Source of the DNA: an uncultured Candidatus Poseidoniales archaeon
Lineage (GTDB): Archaea > Thermoplasmatota > Poseidoniia > Poseidoniales > CAYMED01
Length of the DNA: 64,000 bases
Assembly (NCBI GenBank): GCA_964389655.1
Contig: CAYMED010000011.1
Span: 1 to 64,000, forward strand
Reading direction: 5' to 3'
The position numbers were made by a program, and so were the translations under genes. The notes beneath the pieces are model-generated. The model saw only the letters and a list, made by a program, of their open reading frames with translations. It did no database searches and was not told where the DNA came from. Below are positions 8,795 through 18,747 of this stretch, one piece after another. Positions within the stretch are counted from its first letter, which is position 1. Each line of letters starts with the position of its first letter.

Positions 8795-10381
8795 GTGCAC
8801 CGAATCAGCAGTATGCTGGGCCTTCTTCTAATCGCGACTCCCTTGATTGGGTGTTTTGGGTCAGACGATGCCGATTCGGGGATGAGCCCCACTGATCTAG
8901 AAATTTCAGCGAGCGTTGTCGGATCTGGCATCTGGGAGGCCGTTGATTTTCATGCCATGCGCGATTTGGCAGTTTATATCCCCTATTTTGTGATTGATCC
9001 TGGATCAAACCGATCTCAAAACGGGACGGTTCTAGACCTCCGGTCTGGAGATGAAGTTTCAGTTACGTGGCTATTGCCTCCGAGAAATCCCGACGTATTT
9101 GTCTTCATAGGTGAGTATGGGCGCACGAATTGGCCAGCAAGGGAGTCACACAATTCTTGGGTGGATTGGCTTTCAGACCGATCGAATCAAAGCGCCGTGG
9201 AAGCAGTGCCTAATGGTGATGAACATGGGCAATGGAGGTGGCTAAATGCGAGTACAAATGATGGAGGGGATGTGGCCGTCAAGCACTTAGAAGCGACCCG
9301 CCCGCAACGTGCAGATCTCACGATGGATGAAGGTGTTGATGCCAGTGCGGGATGGGTGGATGGAAGGAGCGTCTATGAATGGGTCGATTTCATCACCGAT
9401 GAAACACCAGATCCTCTCGATTTGGCTGATGGGGCAGAAGGATATCTAGACCGCTGGGTTGGGAATGGGAATCCGGCTTATGAAGATGCCATTACGTACT
9501 TTGAAGGTGTGCTAAAGGGGTATGGATTGAGGACGGAGGTCCACCGCTTCCAAACAGGAACTCTATGGGCTGTCAACATATGTGGGTACAAGGATGGTAC
9601 CTCGTTTCCGAATGAGTGGCTCGTTTTTGGAGGGCACTTTGACATTGCTCCATATGCAACGCCAACTTCTCTCCTACCCGGCCTTGAACAAACCGGCTAT
9701 GGTACTCGAACTGGTGCTTATGACAACACTGCCGGATCCGCAATGGTACTCACAACAGCTGGGGCATTAGCAGATTTTGATTCAAGGCGGACAATGGTTT
9801 TCTGCCTATGGTCATCCGAAGAAGAAGGGTTGTGGGGGTCTACATCTTTTGCCAATGACCTCCCTTCAGGAGTAACTGTCTCGAACTACCTTAATTTGGA
9901 CATGGCGGGAATCAATTACCCGGGAAATTATGCTCTTTCAGTTTACCTTGGACCAGATGGCACCGGTGAGGTAATTGATCAACCGGTCATGTATCACTTA
10001 GCCGAGTGGATCGGATCTGATGCCCTCAATCTTGCGCATGAGATTGATGCAGGCCGTGCAGAATGGAATTCTGGGGGAGAAGAGCCCCTTTGGAACAACG
10101 AATACGATGGTGTCGTAGCGATCTATGAATCTCCAACGGCTAGAAGTGATCATGAGGGTTTCCAGAACATTGGGGTGGCAACATTAGGATGGAATGGCGT
10201 CGTTGATGGTTATCCTTGTTACCACAAGACCTGTGATCGGCTTTCAAAAGTTGAGGAGTACATGGTTACTGATGATCGAACTGGTGAGGCGAACCTCGTC
10301 CATTCATGGGATATTGTAACTTGGTGGGCGGTGTTCGCATTTTTGCATATGGATCAGGTACCCGTCCCAAATCAATTATGA
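8795..10381 (+). CDS. M28 family Zn metallopeptidase, lipoprotein-like
   Basis: Lipobox-like TPLIGC; GGHFD, GAYDNTAG, SSEEEGLWGS, NLDM, RSDH, CYH. Confidence 0.9.
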   Translation: MHRISSMLGLLLIATPLIGCFGSDDADSGMSPTDLEISASVVGSGIWEAVDFHAMRDLAVYIPYFVIDPGSNRSQNGTVLDLRSGDEVSVTWLLPPRNPDVFVFIGEYGRTNWPARESHNSWVDWLSDRSNQSAVEAVPNGDEHGQWRWLNASTNDGGDVAVKHLEATRPQRADLTMDEGVDASAGWVDGRSVYEWVDFITDETPDPLDLADGAEGYLDRWVGNGNPAYEDAITYFEGVLKGYGLRTEVHRFQTGTLWAVNICGYKDGTSFPNEWLVFGGHFDIAPYATPTSLLPGLEQTGYGTRTGAYDNTAGSAMVLTTAGALADFDSRRTMVFCLWSSEEEGLWGSTSFANDLPSGVTVSNYLNLDMAGINYPGNYALSVYLGPDGTGEVIDQPVMYHLAEWIGSDALNLAHEIDAGRAEWNSGGEEPLWNNEYDGVVAIYESPTARSDHEGFQNIGVATLGWNGVVDGYPCYHKTCDRLSKVEEYMVTDDRTGEANLVHSWDIVTWWAVFAFLHMDQVPVPNQL

Positions 10382-10801
10382 GTCATTGCGACTAAGAACA
10401 CGTTCTAATCGATCAAGCCGGCTCCCTTCTATCCCCTCATTCACTTCCGAGCGCACCATCGTCTCAGCAGCCCGTAGTTCTGTATCGCCCAAATTCATTA
10501 CTTGAGCAAGTGTTTGTAATAGGGCGATTTCATCGTCAGATACACGTTCATCATGCAGTGCTGCAATGAGTGCTGCCCGGTATATTTCTCCTTCTTCAAC
10601 TTCAGAGGGTGGTGCATCATCATCCTGGCTGTGTGTTCGTATACGTAGGTGTGCCCCTGCACGTTCATCTTCAGTAAGTCCTAGTGTCTGTGCCAGAATG
10701 AGGAGTATTCCAACTTCATCTTCCGATATCACACCGTCTTCAGTGGCCATTTGAAGGGTCTTGTCGTACAAGTGAATTGCCCGTATCTTGCTGAGTCCCA
10801 T
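10376..10801 (-). CDS. TerB/DjlA-like helical protein
   Basis: Two repeats: ATEDGVISEDE..LAQTLGL and ALHDERVSDDE..LAQVMNL. Confidence 0.7.
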   Translation of the reverse strand: MGLSKIRAIHLYDKTLQMATEDGVISEDEVGILLILAQTLGLTEDERAGAHLRIRTHSQDDDAPPSEVEEGEIYRAALIAALHDERVSDDEIALLQTLAQVMNLGDTELRAAETMVRSEVNEGIEGSRLDRLERVLSRNDS

Positions 10802-10883
10802 GGTGGATCGAGAACAATCAGTGGCATAACACCTCGCCTAGATGTTGAAGCATCGACCGCATTGCGGATAGGTCAAGAGTGAT

Positions 10884-11078
10884 TCAAGACTCGATTTTCT
10901 TGACATTAATCGCATTAGGACCTTTTGGTCCTTCGCCGACTTCAAACTCTACTGTATCTCCATCTTCAATTGTTCCTTCAATTTGGGATTTATGTACAAA
11001 GAGGTCTGACCCTTCTTCTTGCTCAATAAATCCGTAACCCTTCGTTCGGTTAAACCACTTCACGGTGCCCTGTGCCAT
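10884..11078 (-). CDS. cspA: Cold-shock domain protein
   Basis: GTVKWFN..KGYGFI (RNP1), DLFVH (RNP2), GPKGPNAINV. Confidence 0.95.
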   Translation of the reverse strand: MAQGTVKWFNRTKGYGFIEQEEGSDLFVHKSQIEGTIEDGDTVEFEVGEGPKGPNAINVKKIES

Positions 11079-11170
11079 AAATCCGACCGCCCGGCATCTA
11101 CTACTTCATCCTACTCGTCGAAATTGATCTATATTGCTGCAATGGTAAATGGGAATAAATGGGCTTTTTG

Positions 11171-14100
11171 CTAAAATTCATGCCTTCGGGTCCGCAATAA
11201 TGCCGTAATTACGAGAATTCCGATGAGCAGTGCACCGACTTGAACAATTGGGTTTCCAATCAGGGCCTTCAACCCCCCCGCGCGGGCAGATGAAGGAGGT
11301 GTTTTTTGATCTTCACCGGTGCCGTTAGCCTCTGATTTTGCCTCAGAACTCATGTGTTCATCAATGGGGATGCTGAAAGAATGCGGTCCACTTTGGTTTG
11401 AGTTGCCCGAGGCATCATTGCTTATGATCCAAAGATTCCATCCACTGCCAAATGTGCAGGGGGTGAGTGCTTTGTCTTGCACCCACGTGACTTCATGGGT
11501 TTTGTTTAATGCGACATCTGATGCGTTGTAGCCCACCACATTTTGCAACTTTTTAGCATCTAGGCACCTGATTTCTATGTATTCGGTTGTCGGTTCAGAT
11601 GTATACCATGAAATCCTTAATTCAGAGCTAGAATGCACGTTTACATTTACATTGAGTATTTCTGCAGGTTCCGTGTCGATCTCATCCAATGTTGTAAGGA
11701 ACAGATCGGTGAAGAGCGTCTGATTTCCATCCAAGACACGGATGCGCACCCAATAGTCCCTACCGGGCTCTAATCCGGTGAGTGTGGTCGCATGGCCGAT
11801 CGCCATCGGCGTCTGGGTGTAGAAATTGTCCCAATCGTTAGGTTCCTGGCCGGCGAAGACCGCAGCGACGCTGGCGTTTGCCTCCACCGTTGTCGACCAT
11901 ATGATGATCGCTGACGTCGCAGTGACTTCCCCCACGATAGCACCGTAGACCTGTTGGGCAACCTCGGGTAACTCGATTCCCGTTAGCACAGCATATTCTT
12001 GTGCAGCGACGTCATAGCCATTTAGCATTGCAAATTGGTCACCATCTAGGACTAAATCAAGGATATTTGGGTCGTAATCATTACCATCAACGGTACTTGG
12101 GTCAGCACCCCCCCCCAACCGCCACGTGGTGGCGTCAGCATCAACATCGCGCCACTTCCCTGTGCCAAAACCATCTTGGCTTCCTACAACGATGACGAAT
12201 CTATAGTTGGGGATGTCGTTACCGATGACATTCTTGCTGACGGTGATTGTGACTGTCTTGGTTGAGACATCGCCACTGACTTCGATGCCTCTAGCACTGG
12301 TTTCGCCAGATGAGGCATCGACAGTCTTGACCGCCCCGGGCTCACCAGTTGCGGAAACCGCAACCTCCCATGCCCAATCTGGGTGGATCACGGCATTCGC
12401 ACCCTCCAGCATGTCTGTCTTTCCCCACATGTAGTCTCCTTGATCAACATAGATTTGCACAATTTGGTGGCTAAAGCCATTCGAAAGTCCCCAATAATCA
12501 GTCATCTCATCGAAAGAAACTTCAAATCGAGCATTCCAAGCACTTTGACTAATTTTCACGTGTGTAATATCGAATAAGCCTTCGCCTGGTGCAAAGTCAC
12601 TCGCAGTTGGATATACAATGTTTCCATTGCCATTCTCATCGCCAATGGTTTCATTCATGTCAAGCAGTGTTATCCACTGTTCTAGATCTGGCATCACCAT
12701 TTCAGCCGGGGCGGGAGGAGCAATTTCCACATCCACGCCATCACCGTAGGCATACGAATTTCGCCAACTCGAGGTGACTTTAACTCGGGTTGAATAGCGT
12801 GGTGCGAGACCGATCTCGGACCATGGGATTTGAAATTCAAATACCTCATTCGCTGCACACCCCCCCATTATCGATTGCCCTTCAGGCTTCCAAGCCTCAT
12901 CCGTCCCGATTTTCCCTTTTGCACTGAAAAGGTCGTACATCGATCGGCCATCGCTTCGCAATTGCTCGAAACTAAACGATACCATGTGTTTTGCAGGGAA
13001 TCCTAGGATTGTATTCCCATAATATGTTCGATAATTTGTTTCAACCTCGTTGAAGTTAATGGCATTCGGCTGCATGAAGTAAATTGACAAGTCGGGTAAC
13101 CCTCCCATGTCCACCTTTTCCCAATCATCAGGCATACTTCCCAAGTCAACCCGTACATAGACGTTCGAGGCATCATATCCAAGATGGAAGGATTCTATAT
13201 CGAGTAACTCCTCATCGCTACCCGCATCATACATTGCAGCGCCATCCCATTCTCCAGGTAATGCAATCCCATCAATCATCGGTTCGATAATACCCTCATA
13301 GGGCACATCTGGCAATGCGGGGTTGGTCCATAAGTCCTGCAGGTAGGGCGGTAAATCTAGGCTGATAGCTCGGTATATGTTTGAAAGATGAACCTTGAAC
13401 AGGACGTCCCACAATTCATCATATCCGCTATTTTGGTCAAGACCATACCACCAATACCAATCACTACCTTCTGCGATGTACAGGCTTTCCCATGCGTCGT
13501 TAAGCCCTGGATCTGTCGGGTTATCGGCTTCAAAGGCAACAAGGGCTTGACGCGCCTCTACTGTTCGTTGCCACGCAAGGCTCTCCTCGGCTTCACCCGC
13601 CCAAGTCGAAAGCGTCCCGTCAATCCATGATCCGGTGCCAATGACATCAATTTCGGGCAATGTGATATTTTTCTTGAGAAATTCACTTGGTGTTGTTGTT
13701 ACAACCGTCGGATGTGTGCTAAGCCTCCTGAACCATTCTTCGGTGAAAGGGCGTCCATTGTCCTGATGCTGGAATTCGGACATAAACATCCAATTCTCCC
13801 CATCCAACGCAACAGTTAGCAGGTGGTCGCTCGGATCTTTGCCTTCGTCAAGCAATTGTTGACGGATATTGTCGCAATAGGCAAGGAAATCTGAGACGGC
13901 ACCTTCAGGGGTCATCGTACCATATTGGAAGGCGATTCGGTCGCTAATGACTCGGTCACGGAAGACGCTTGCGACGTCACCCACCATCCAAGGTGTTGCT
14001 AGGTTTGATGCAACCGATACATCGATTGTATTGCCATTCATGTCCGTAGACTCTTCGAGATTCAGTTCGTCTGTCACCATCCATTCGATGCCAACATCGG

Positions 14101-15694
14101 CCACCGGCTGAACCATTGTGGGAGATACAGATTGTTCACTGGGCCACATTCCCACAGGACGGAACCCCAACTCCTCCTCAAACAAATCCATCCCAGTTTG
14201 CAAATGTGTCGTGACATCTTCTGGCCATGATTCTTTGTTGACCCGAATGCCATCTTCAAAGGTCCATCCATCCATCATCAATAGCGGCATGATTGGATGG
14301 TAGTACGGCGTGGTGGTCAATTCAACTTGCCCACTTGCAGCCAATTCAGAGTACATCGGCAATATGTTGGACATGTGTGTTTCTTGTGCATCTAGGACGT
14401 AGGTCAAATTCTCCAATGAATACTGCCCATTTTGCATGAACAAATCGATTAGACCTTGATCTCGATGACTGGAATTGTAGTCCCCCAGCACATAGGATGG
14501 ACTGAATTGATAGAGATACCACAACACTTGCAAATCAAGGAAATCTTGCGGTTCGAGTAGTGTGTCATCCATGATGGTTGCAGGTTTCAAATTGTGCATC
14601 GTCATGTCATGTAATTCTGAATATCGTTGGCTTGACGGGAAGGTCCAGCCTACTCTTGGATCATCTGAGGTGACATTGTAAATCCATCCAGAGTTCCAAA
14701 ATGATTGAAATTGCGTGGTATGTAGTTCAAGCGCTGTAGCGTTTGGGTAGCCTTCCGCATTCCATGAACGACGAGCGACGTCAGTGTGCACATCAAGAAC
14801 ACCATTTTCAGAGTAATCAAGCAACTGCTCGATGAAAGATGGAACCAAATTGTATGTAATTTTCGTATCGGTACCTGACAAAATCCCAGGACTATCGACA
14901 TATTCGGTCATGGCATGAACTCGAACCCATGGCATCTCGACCATGCCGGTCAACTTGTTCTTGTAGTAGGGTTGGTGTTGGTGGAACACAATGGCCAAAT
15001 TGAGGGCATCATCGACTTTGTCAACAGGTGAGTCAGAAGTTTCAATTTGGACATCAGAACTGGATTGAGGTGTTGATCGATTTTCAATTTGGTACCAATG
15101 TGTGAATGTTTCAGCCCCATTGGACGTGGCTGAATTTTCCTGTGGAAAAGCGGTCCAAACATTGCCTGCATCTTCCCATTGTGCCCAAGCGACGAGACCC
15201 AGATTCTCAGGGTCGCCAATTGCACTCCAAGGTATTCCAATCTCGGTATTTGGATTGCCAGCGTGACCGATCCACGTTTCTGCTGAAACGGAGTTTTCAA
15301 CCCATCCGCTCCCATCGTGGCTTTGTAAAGAGGAATAAGTTGAATCTTCAAGAACGAATGCATGGTCAGCCGCAAAGGGCAATGTTTGTGCTAAATTCCA
15401 ATCTTTGGAAAGTGGACTGCCACCATCGCTCGTATTCAGGTAAACAAACATGTCTGCCCCCTCAGTCGGACTTGCCCAATCTGTTCCAGACCATCCCAAG
15501 AATAGATGAGTGTCGTTCCAAGTCATTCGGAATGTGACCGCATTTGGGTCGGTGATTTGCAACGAATCTTGAGGCCAGTCAGAGATGTCTCCATCCAATA
15601 CAATTGTATCCGGTGTGGCTGCAAAAACGAGCATGGCTTGAGCTGAAAGGAAGAGTGCTACGACAACGAAGAGTGAGAGATTTCGCAGCACCAC
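11171..15694 (-). CDS. apu: Membrane-anchored GH57 amylopullulanase with DOMON-like/glucodextranase-C and FN3-like domains
   Basis: Signal peptide; FHQHQP, MPWVRVHA, TTPYYHPIMPLL, WPSE (nucleophile), ALDGENW (acid/base), AEGSDWYWW; GDENGNG..YPT and NGFSHQ in the DOMON-like domain; C-terminal TM plus RRH. Confidence 0.92.
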   Translation of the reverse strand: MVLRNLSLFVVVALFLSAQAMLVFAATPDTIVLDGDISDWPQDSLQITDPNAVTFRMTWNDTHLFLGWSGTDWASPTEGADMFVYLNTSDGGSPLSKDWNLAQTLPFAADHAFVLEDSTYSSLQSHDGSGWVENSVSAETWIGHAGNPNTEIGIPWSAIGDPENLGLVAWAQWEDAGNVWTAFPQENSATSNGAETFTHWYQIENRSTPQSSSDVQIETSDSPVDKVDDALNLAIVFHQHQPYYKNKLTGMVEMPWVRVHAMTEYVDSPGILSGTDTKITYNLVPSFIEQLLDYSENGVLDVHTDVARRSWNAEGYPNATALELHTTQFQSFWNSGWIYNVTSDDPRVGWTFPSSQRYSELHDMTMHNLKPATIMDDTLLEPQDFLDLQVLWYLYQFSPSYVLGDYNSSHRDQGLIDLFMQNGQYSLENLTYVLDAQETHMSNILPMYSELAASGQVELTTTPYYHPIMPLLMMDGWTFEDGIRVNKESWPEDVTTHLQTGMDLFEEELGFRPVGMWPSEQSVSPTMVQPVADVGIEWMVTDELNLEESTDMNGNTIDVSVASNLATPWMVGDVASVFRDRVISDRIAFQYGTMTPEGAVSDFLAYCDNIRQQLLDEGKDPSDHLLTVALDGENWMFMSEFQHQDNGRPFTEEWFRRLSTHPTVVTTTPSEFLKKNITLPEIDVIGTGSWIDGTLSTWAGEAEESLAWQRTVEARQALVAFEADNPTDPGLNDAWESLYIAEGSDWYWWYGLDQNSGYDELWDVLFKVHLSNIYRAISLDLPPYLQDLWTNPALPDVPYEGIIEPMIDGIALPGEWDGAAMYDAGSDEELLDIESFHLGYDASNVYVRVDLGSMPDDWEKVDMGGLPDLSIYFMQPNAINFNEVETNYRTYYGNTILGFPAKHMVSFSFEQLRSDGRSMYDLFSAKGKIGTDEAWKPEGQSIMGGCAANEVFEFQIPWSEIGLAPRYSTRVKVTSSWRNSYAYGDGVDVEIAPPAPAEMVMPDLEQWITLLDMNETIGDENGNGNIVYPTASDFAPGEGLFDITHVKISQSAWNARFEVSFDEMTDYWGLSNGFSHQIVQIYVDQGDYMWGKTDMLEGANAVIHPDWAWEVAVSATGEPGAVKTVDASSGETSARGIEVSGDVSTKTVTITVSKNVIGNDIPNYRFVIVVGSQDGFGTGKWRDVDADATTWRLGGGADPSTVDGNDYDPNILDLVLDGDQFAMLNGYDVAAQEYAVLTGIELPEVAQQVYGAIVGEVTATSAIIIWSTTVEANASVAAVFAGQEPNDWDNFYTQTPMAIGHATTLTGLEPGRDYWVRIRVLDGNQTLFTDLFLTTLDEIDTEPAEILNVNVNVHSSSELRISWYTSEPTTEYIEIRCLDAKKLQNVVGYNASDVALNKTHEVTWVQDKALTPCTFGSGWNLWIISNDASGNSNQSGPHSFSIPIDEHMSSEAKSEANGTGEDQKTPPSSARAGGLKALIGNPIVQVGALLIGILVITALLRTRRHEF

Positions 15695-15750
15695 TAAATG
15701 CCACAATCAATGGGAATAAAGGTTTAGCGTGTGAGTTTCATGGGGCTAAT

Positions 15751-17094
15751 GTGGGCGTGGATCAGAGAGAAGTGGGCATACTCTGCCACCTTACGTCTTT
15801 GCCCAACAAGAATGGATTTCATGGCAGATTAGGTGATGATGCCTTTTCTTTTGTTGATTCTCTCGTTGATGTAGGCGCAACGGTTTGGCAGATGCTTCCT
15901 ATAACGCCTCCCGATTCGAGTGGATCGCCCTATGCATCCAGTTCTGCCTTTGCTGCATACCCTTCACTTTCAGATCCAGCCTCTGAAACGAAAATACCCA
16001 TTGGATATCGAGATTCTTGGATCAATAAAAATCGCCACTGGGCCTATGACTGGGCCATTTTTAGCCTTTTGAAAATTAAGTACGACGGTGCCCCTTGGAC
16101 TGAGTGGCCAAGCGAGATTCGGAACCGGGACCCATCCCATCTCCAAACCCTTTTTACTCAGAAAAAATCTGAACTAGAGGAGATCATATCAGATCAAGTT
16201 CGATTTCAGCTTGACTGGGACCAATTGCGTGATTATGCTAGGGGGCGAGGCCTCCGACTTTTTGGTGACTTGCCGATATTTGTAGCCCATGATTCGGCAG
16301 ATGTGTGGGCTAATCGTCACCTCTTCAAGTTACGTCCAGATGGCTTCCCGTCCGTTATCACTGGTGTACCCCCTGATGCATTCAGTCTCGCGGGTCAAAA
16401 ATGGGGCACGGTGCACCACAATTGGTTAACGCAATCAGCAGATGGTTTTGCTTGGTGGCGCCACCGCATCAAGCGTCTTTTGGAATTTTTTGACCTTGTC
16501 CGGATTGACCATTTTCGAGCTTTTGACGCGTCTTGGGAGATACCCTATGACTCCCCTGATGCTCAAACAGGGGTTTGGGAAATCGGGCCTAGGGATTCAC
16601 TATTGAGTGCCCTTATTGCTGCTGCTGGAGGTCCTCAACATCTAGTGGCAGAAGATCTTGGAATCATTCCTCCTTCTGTCATTCAACTGCGCCGTCGCCA
16701 TTCTCTTTTGGGTTTGGCAGTATTGCAATTTGGATTTGAAGGGGGCTTAGAGGATAACCCGCATTCACCGTCCAATATTGGGGACGACGTTGTTGTTTAT
16801 ACAGGAACTCACGATAATGACACTACGACGGGTTGGGGGGATCAACTGACTCTGGAACAAAGGAAAAACCTGTCATTCGAGATGGTGGATGGTGAGAGTG
16901 TAACATCCTGCCTCATTCGCCTAGCATTGTCTTCTCCCTCGCCTTTAGCGATTATTCCCTTGCAAGATATATTTGGATATGGAAGTGAGGCGCGAATGAA
17001 TACCCCTGGAACTGTTCATGGAAACTGGAGTTGGCAAGCAACGCCTAGCGATATGGCATCCCTTAGTGAATATCGCCTGAGACGCGCATATTGA
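15751..17094 (+). CDS. malQ: 4-alpha-glucanotransferase (amylomaltase, GH77)
   Basis: GILCHLTSLP, WQMLP, GDLPIFVAHDSADVW, GVPPDAFS..GQKWG, RIDHFR, AEDLG, YTGTHDNDT, RMNTPG; start moved from 15604 to GTG near 15751. Confidence 0.95.
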   Translation: MGVDQREVGILCHLTSLPNKNGFHGRLGDDAFSFVDSLVDVGATVWQMLPITPPDSSGSPYASSSAFAAYPSLSDPASETKIPIGYRDSWINKNRHWAYDWAIFSLLKIKYDGAPWTEWPSEIRNRDPSHLQTLFTQKKSELEEIISDQVRFQLDWDQLRDYARGRGLRLFGDLPIFVAHDSADVWANRHLFKLRPDGFPSVITGVPPDAFSLAGQKWGTVHHNWLTQSADGFAWWRHRIKRLLEFFDLVRIDHFRAFDASWEIPYDSPDAQTGVWEIGPRDSLLSALIAAAGGPQHLVAEDLGIIPPSVIQLRRRHSLLGLAVLQFGFEGGLEDNPHSPSNIGDDVVVYTGTHDNDTTTGWGDQLTLEQRKNLSFEMVDGESVTSCLIRLALSSPSPLAIIPLQDIFGYGSEARMNTPGTVHGNWSWQATPSDMASLSEYRLRRAY

Positions 17095-17121
17095 AGGACT
17101 CCATCCGTCGGCGTTGATCGA

Positions 17122-18747
17122 ATGTCGGGAAAGACCGTAGCCTACCTCTCGGCAGAAATTGGCTTTGAGAGCGGGCTCCGAACTTATTCAGGGGGCCTTG
17201 GTATCTTGGCAGGAGATCACATCAAATCGGCTGCGGATGCAGGAATCAATCTCGTTGGGTGTACACTGCTGTACCGCGAGGGATATGGGCGGCAGCACAT
17301 TGATGCGGGTGGGAATCAGACCGAGACCTACGACGAGATCGACCCACATAAATTCCTGTGTGATACGGGTGTCGAAGTCGCACTTCCACTCGATGGAATG
17401 ACGCTGCATTCTAAAGTTTGGATCTATCGAATCAAGGGATTGCCGACCTATTTTCTCGACACGCGTCACCCAAGCAACTCACCAGAACATAACTCATTGG
17501 GAAATCGCCTCTACGGTGGCGACGATGCAACGCGAATTCGTCAAGAATACCTACTAGGCGTCGGCGGCATTCGTGCTTTACAGGTTTTGGGTCACGAAAT
17601 CACAGGATTGCACCTCAATGAGGGGCATTGCACCTTCGCAATGCTCGAAATGCTACACCAAGGTTGGACGCGGGAACAACTCCAACAGCGCTGTCTGTTC
17701 ACAACACATACACCCGTTCCTGCCGGGCATGACCGATTCCCATGGGAAAAGGTTGTAACCGTTCTAGGTGACTTGCTCCCTGCCGATGCGAGTCGTCTAG
17801 TCAATGACGAGGATTCTTGTTCGATGAGTCATCTCGCTGTTGCGTTAGCCGGCCAAGTCAATGCGGTCTCCGATCTAAATGCCCATGTCGCAAGTCGAAT
17901 GTTCGAGGGAACGCACATCCACCCAATTACCAATGGCGTCCATCACGAGACGTGGACCAGCCCTCCACTGGCCAAACTCTACGATCTTCACCTCAAAGGC
18001 TGGAGAGATGATCCTACTGTGTTGGCCCATTCTGAAGGAATACCTGATGCAGAATTGATGGAAGCGAGGCAAGAGGCTCGTTCCGTATTGCGGGGTCTCG
18101 TTCGAGCATCAACAGGGGTTGAATTCTCTGAAGATCGATTGACCATTGGCTTTGCAAGGAGGTTTGCGACATACAAACGAGCGAACCTAGTTTTCAGCGA
18201 CCTTGAGCGGCTGCGGGCAGTCGGAGGCGGGAAGATTCAATTTGTCTTCGCCGGCAAGGCGCATCCACGTGATGAAGGTGGAAAGAAGCTCATTCGGGAT
18301 ATTTTCGAGGGGGCGGCAGAAATTGTAGATGATATTCCGGTCGCCTTCTTGGAAGATTATTCGATGGATACAGGACTGACGGTGACCAGTGGCGTCGATA
18401 TTTGGCTGAACAATCCGATTCGGCCCATGGAAGCCAGTGGCACCAGTGGGATGAAGGCGGCCATGAATGGAGTGCCCAATTGCAGCATTCTCGATGGTTG
18501 GTGGCCAGAGGCCTGTGAGCACGGCGTTAACGGATGGGGCATTGGCGAGGGTGAAGAGGAGCGCGATGACGAGCGCGATGCAAAGGCTGTCTACGACATA
18601 TTGGAGGATGAGGTCCTGCCCGCATGGAACGATGGTGCCGAATATTGGAATGATTTGATGCGCGCATCAATTGCAACGAGTGCTCGCTTTACGGGTTCCC
18701 GTATGATTCACGAGTATAAGCGATTCTACGATGCATTTGACAGCTAA
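17122..18747 (+). CDS. glgP: Alpha-glucan (glycogen/maltodextrin) phosphorylase, compact type
   Basis: YSGGLGILAGD, HLNEGH, FTTHTPVPAGHD, ITNGVH, FARRFATYKR, GKAHP, EASGTSGMK (PLP lysine). Confidence 0.95.
   Translation: MSGKTVAYLSAEIGFESGLRTYSGGLGILAGDHIKSAADAGINLVGCTLLYREGYGRQHIDAGGNQTETYDEIDPHKFLCDTGVEVALPLDGMTLHSKVWIYRIKGLPTYFLDTRHPSNSPEHNSLGNRLYGGDDATRIRQEYLLGVGGIRALQVLGHEITGLHLNEGHCTFAMLEMLHQGWTREQLQQRCLFTTHTPVPAGHDRFPWEKVVTVLGDLLPADASRLVNDEDSCSMSHLAVALAGQVNAVSDLNAHVASRMFEGTHIHPITNGVHHETWTSPPLAKLYDLHLKGWRDDPTVLAHSEGIPDAELMEARQEARSVLRGLVRASTGVEFSEDRLTIGFARRFATYKRANLVFSDLERLRAVGGGKIQFVFAGKAHPRDEGGKKLIRDIFEGAAEIVDDIPVAFLEDYSMDTGLTVTSGVDIWLNNPIRPMEASGTSGMKAAMNGVPNCSILDGWWPEACEHGVNGWGIGEGEEERDDERDAKAVYDILEDEVLPAWNDGAEYWNDLMRASIATSARFTGSRMIHEYKRFYDAFDS

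Noticed and set aside
17122-18747. glgP as a truncated pseudogene (541 aa versus about 800 aa)
   Set aside because: All catalytic and PLP motifs are present in order; compact phosphorylases are known in archaea and bacteria
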